NCBI GenBank assembly: GCA_016748015.1
Contig: JAAOMT010000009.1
Span: 886,459-950,458 of the forward strand
From: Geosiphon pyriformis uo1
Taxonomy: Eukaryota > Fungi > Glomeromycota
Length of the DNA: 64,000 bases
Direction: 5' to 3'
Shown here: positions 63,301-64,000 of the stretch, piece by piece
Layout: each line of letters opens with the position of its first letter
How positions within the stretch are numbered: the first letter of the stretch is position 1
Program-made: the position numbers and the translations under genes
Notes under the pieces: generated by a model
What the model was told of the DNA's origin: nothing
What the model saw: the letters and a program-made list of their open reading frames with translations, nothing else
The model's database searches: none

Positions 63301-64000
63301 AAACAATTTTCTGGCTGGTGTTGCTAAAATTTTTTTATATAATGGCATCTCCTTAACTAATAGCTTGCTCAATGTTTTTCATTTTAAGTGAGATTTTCCT
63401 GTTCTGGATGTTTTGGGCCAAACTATATATCTCCAGGTTTGCAAGTCACTAAAGCATTTTGGAATCATTTTTGCAGACCAGTTGTTGAACAGTCATGGAG
63501 AATGTTTTAATTGGAAGGATTTTTGCTGTTGAAAATGACTGGATCCCAGAGGCCCAGTTCTCTTATGGTTCATACTGGTTTCAGATTTTGTTAAGAGTGG
63601 TGGTTTGGTTAAAAATTTCTCTTCTGCTTTTGAGTTTCCTTCCAAGTTAGATGTTTCTGATATGGACCACTTTGGTTTTGTCTGTTCTAGTTTAAAAGAT
63701 GCTTTTTTGCCAATAATCTCAATTTATACTGATGGTTCTGTTAAAGACTTTGGTACTTCTAATGCTGTCAAAGGAGCTGCTGCTTATTTTTCTGATTTAG
63801 GTTTGCACATAGGTGTGGAAGTCCATGGCATGTTATCATCTACCCTAGCTGAAATACAGGCTGTTGTGCTGGCTTTCAAGTGCATTCCAGCTTCCTCGAA
63901 TGTTACAGTTTTTTCTGACAGTTAGGCTTCCTTAGATGCTTATCAGGCCAAGTTGAGATTGGTGGCTCCAGATTTTTGCAACAGGTGCTGGATAGAGTGC
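60328..64000 (+). pseudogene. LINE D ORF2 (APE, RT, partial RNase H)
   Basis: Motifs TETKL, GGNFN, DSDH, KAYDSVG, GLDQREVFSPLLWRIFYDPLL, AFVNN (from FVDD), YTDGS. Confidence 0.92.

Larger units (their letters stand above)
58321..64000 (+). mobile_element. LINE D (5' UTR matches LINE A), runs off the window's right edge within RNase H
   Basis: 5' UTR matches LINE A; ORF1 58439-60331; ORF2 60328 to >64000. Confidence 0.93.

Overview
Eukaryotic, intron-rich, AT-rich fungal DNA. The gene and transposon style suggests Mucoromycota/Glomeromycotina, possibly Geosiphon-like (inference, not verified). About 1-41.8 kb is a deeply nested retrotransposon cluster. It holds two complete but mutationally inactivated Ty3/Gypsy LTR elements from two divergent families (157-10274 on -, 15908-25781 on +). 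Each is inserted with a 4-bp TSD into a LINE. Both share an unusual layout: gag-PR-Cys-rich domain-dUTPase-degenerate dUTPase-like-RT-RH, a stop, a separate integrase ORF, then a conserved ~230-aa accessory ORF. The window also has five APE-RT-RNaseH LINE copies and an ORF1-only non-autonomous element (HAL1-like) that carries the LINE 3' UTR. The extremely AT-rich stretches decode as older copies of this ORF1-only element that were almost erased by C>T/G>A transitions. One such relic is the scaffold into which most of the nest inserted. About 42.1-53.5 kb is a CpG-retaining gene island with PDS5 and an NAD-specific glutamate dehydrogenase (both -). It is followed by microsatellite-rich intergenic DNA, a 20-N gap, another hypermutated relic and a LINE that runs off the right end. 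Best leads: a repeat-targeted RIP-like hypermutation signature, the ORF1-only LINE parasite family, and the split-integrase/dUTPase/ORF3 Gypsy architecture. All comparisons were made by eye, and element boundaries in AT-rich DNA are approximate.
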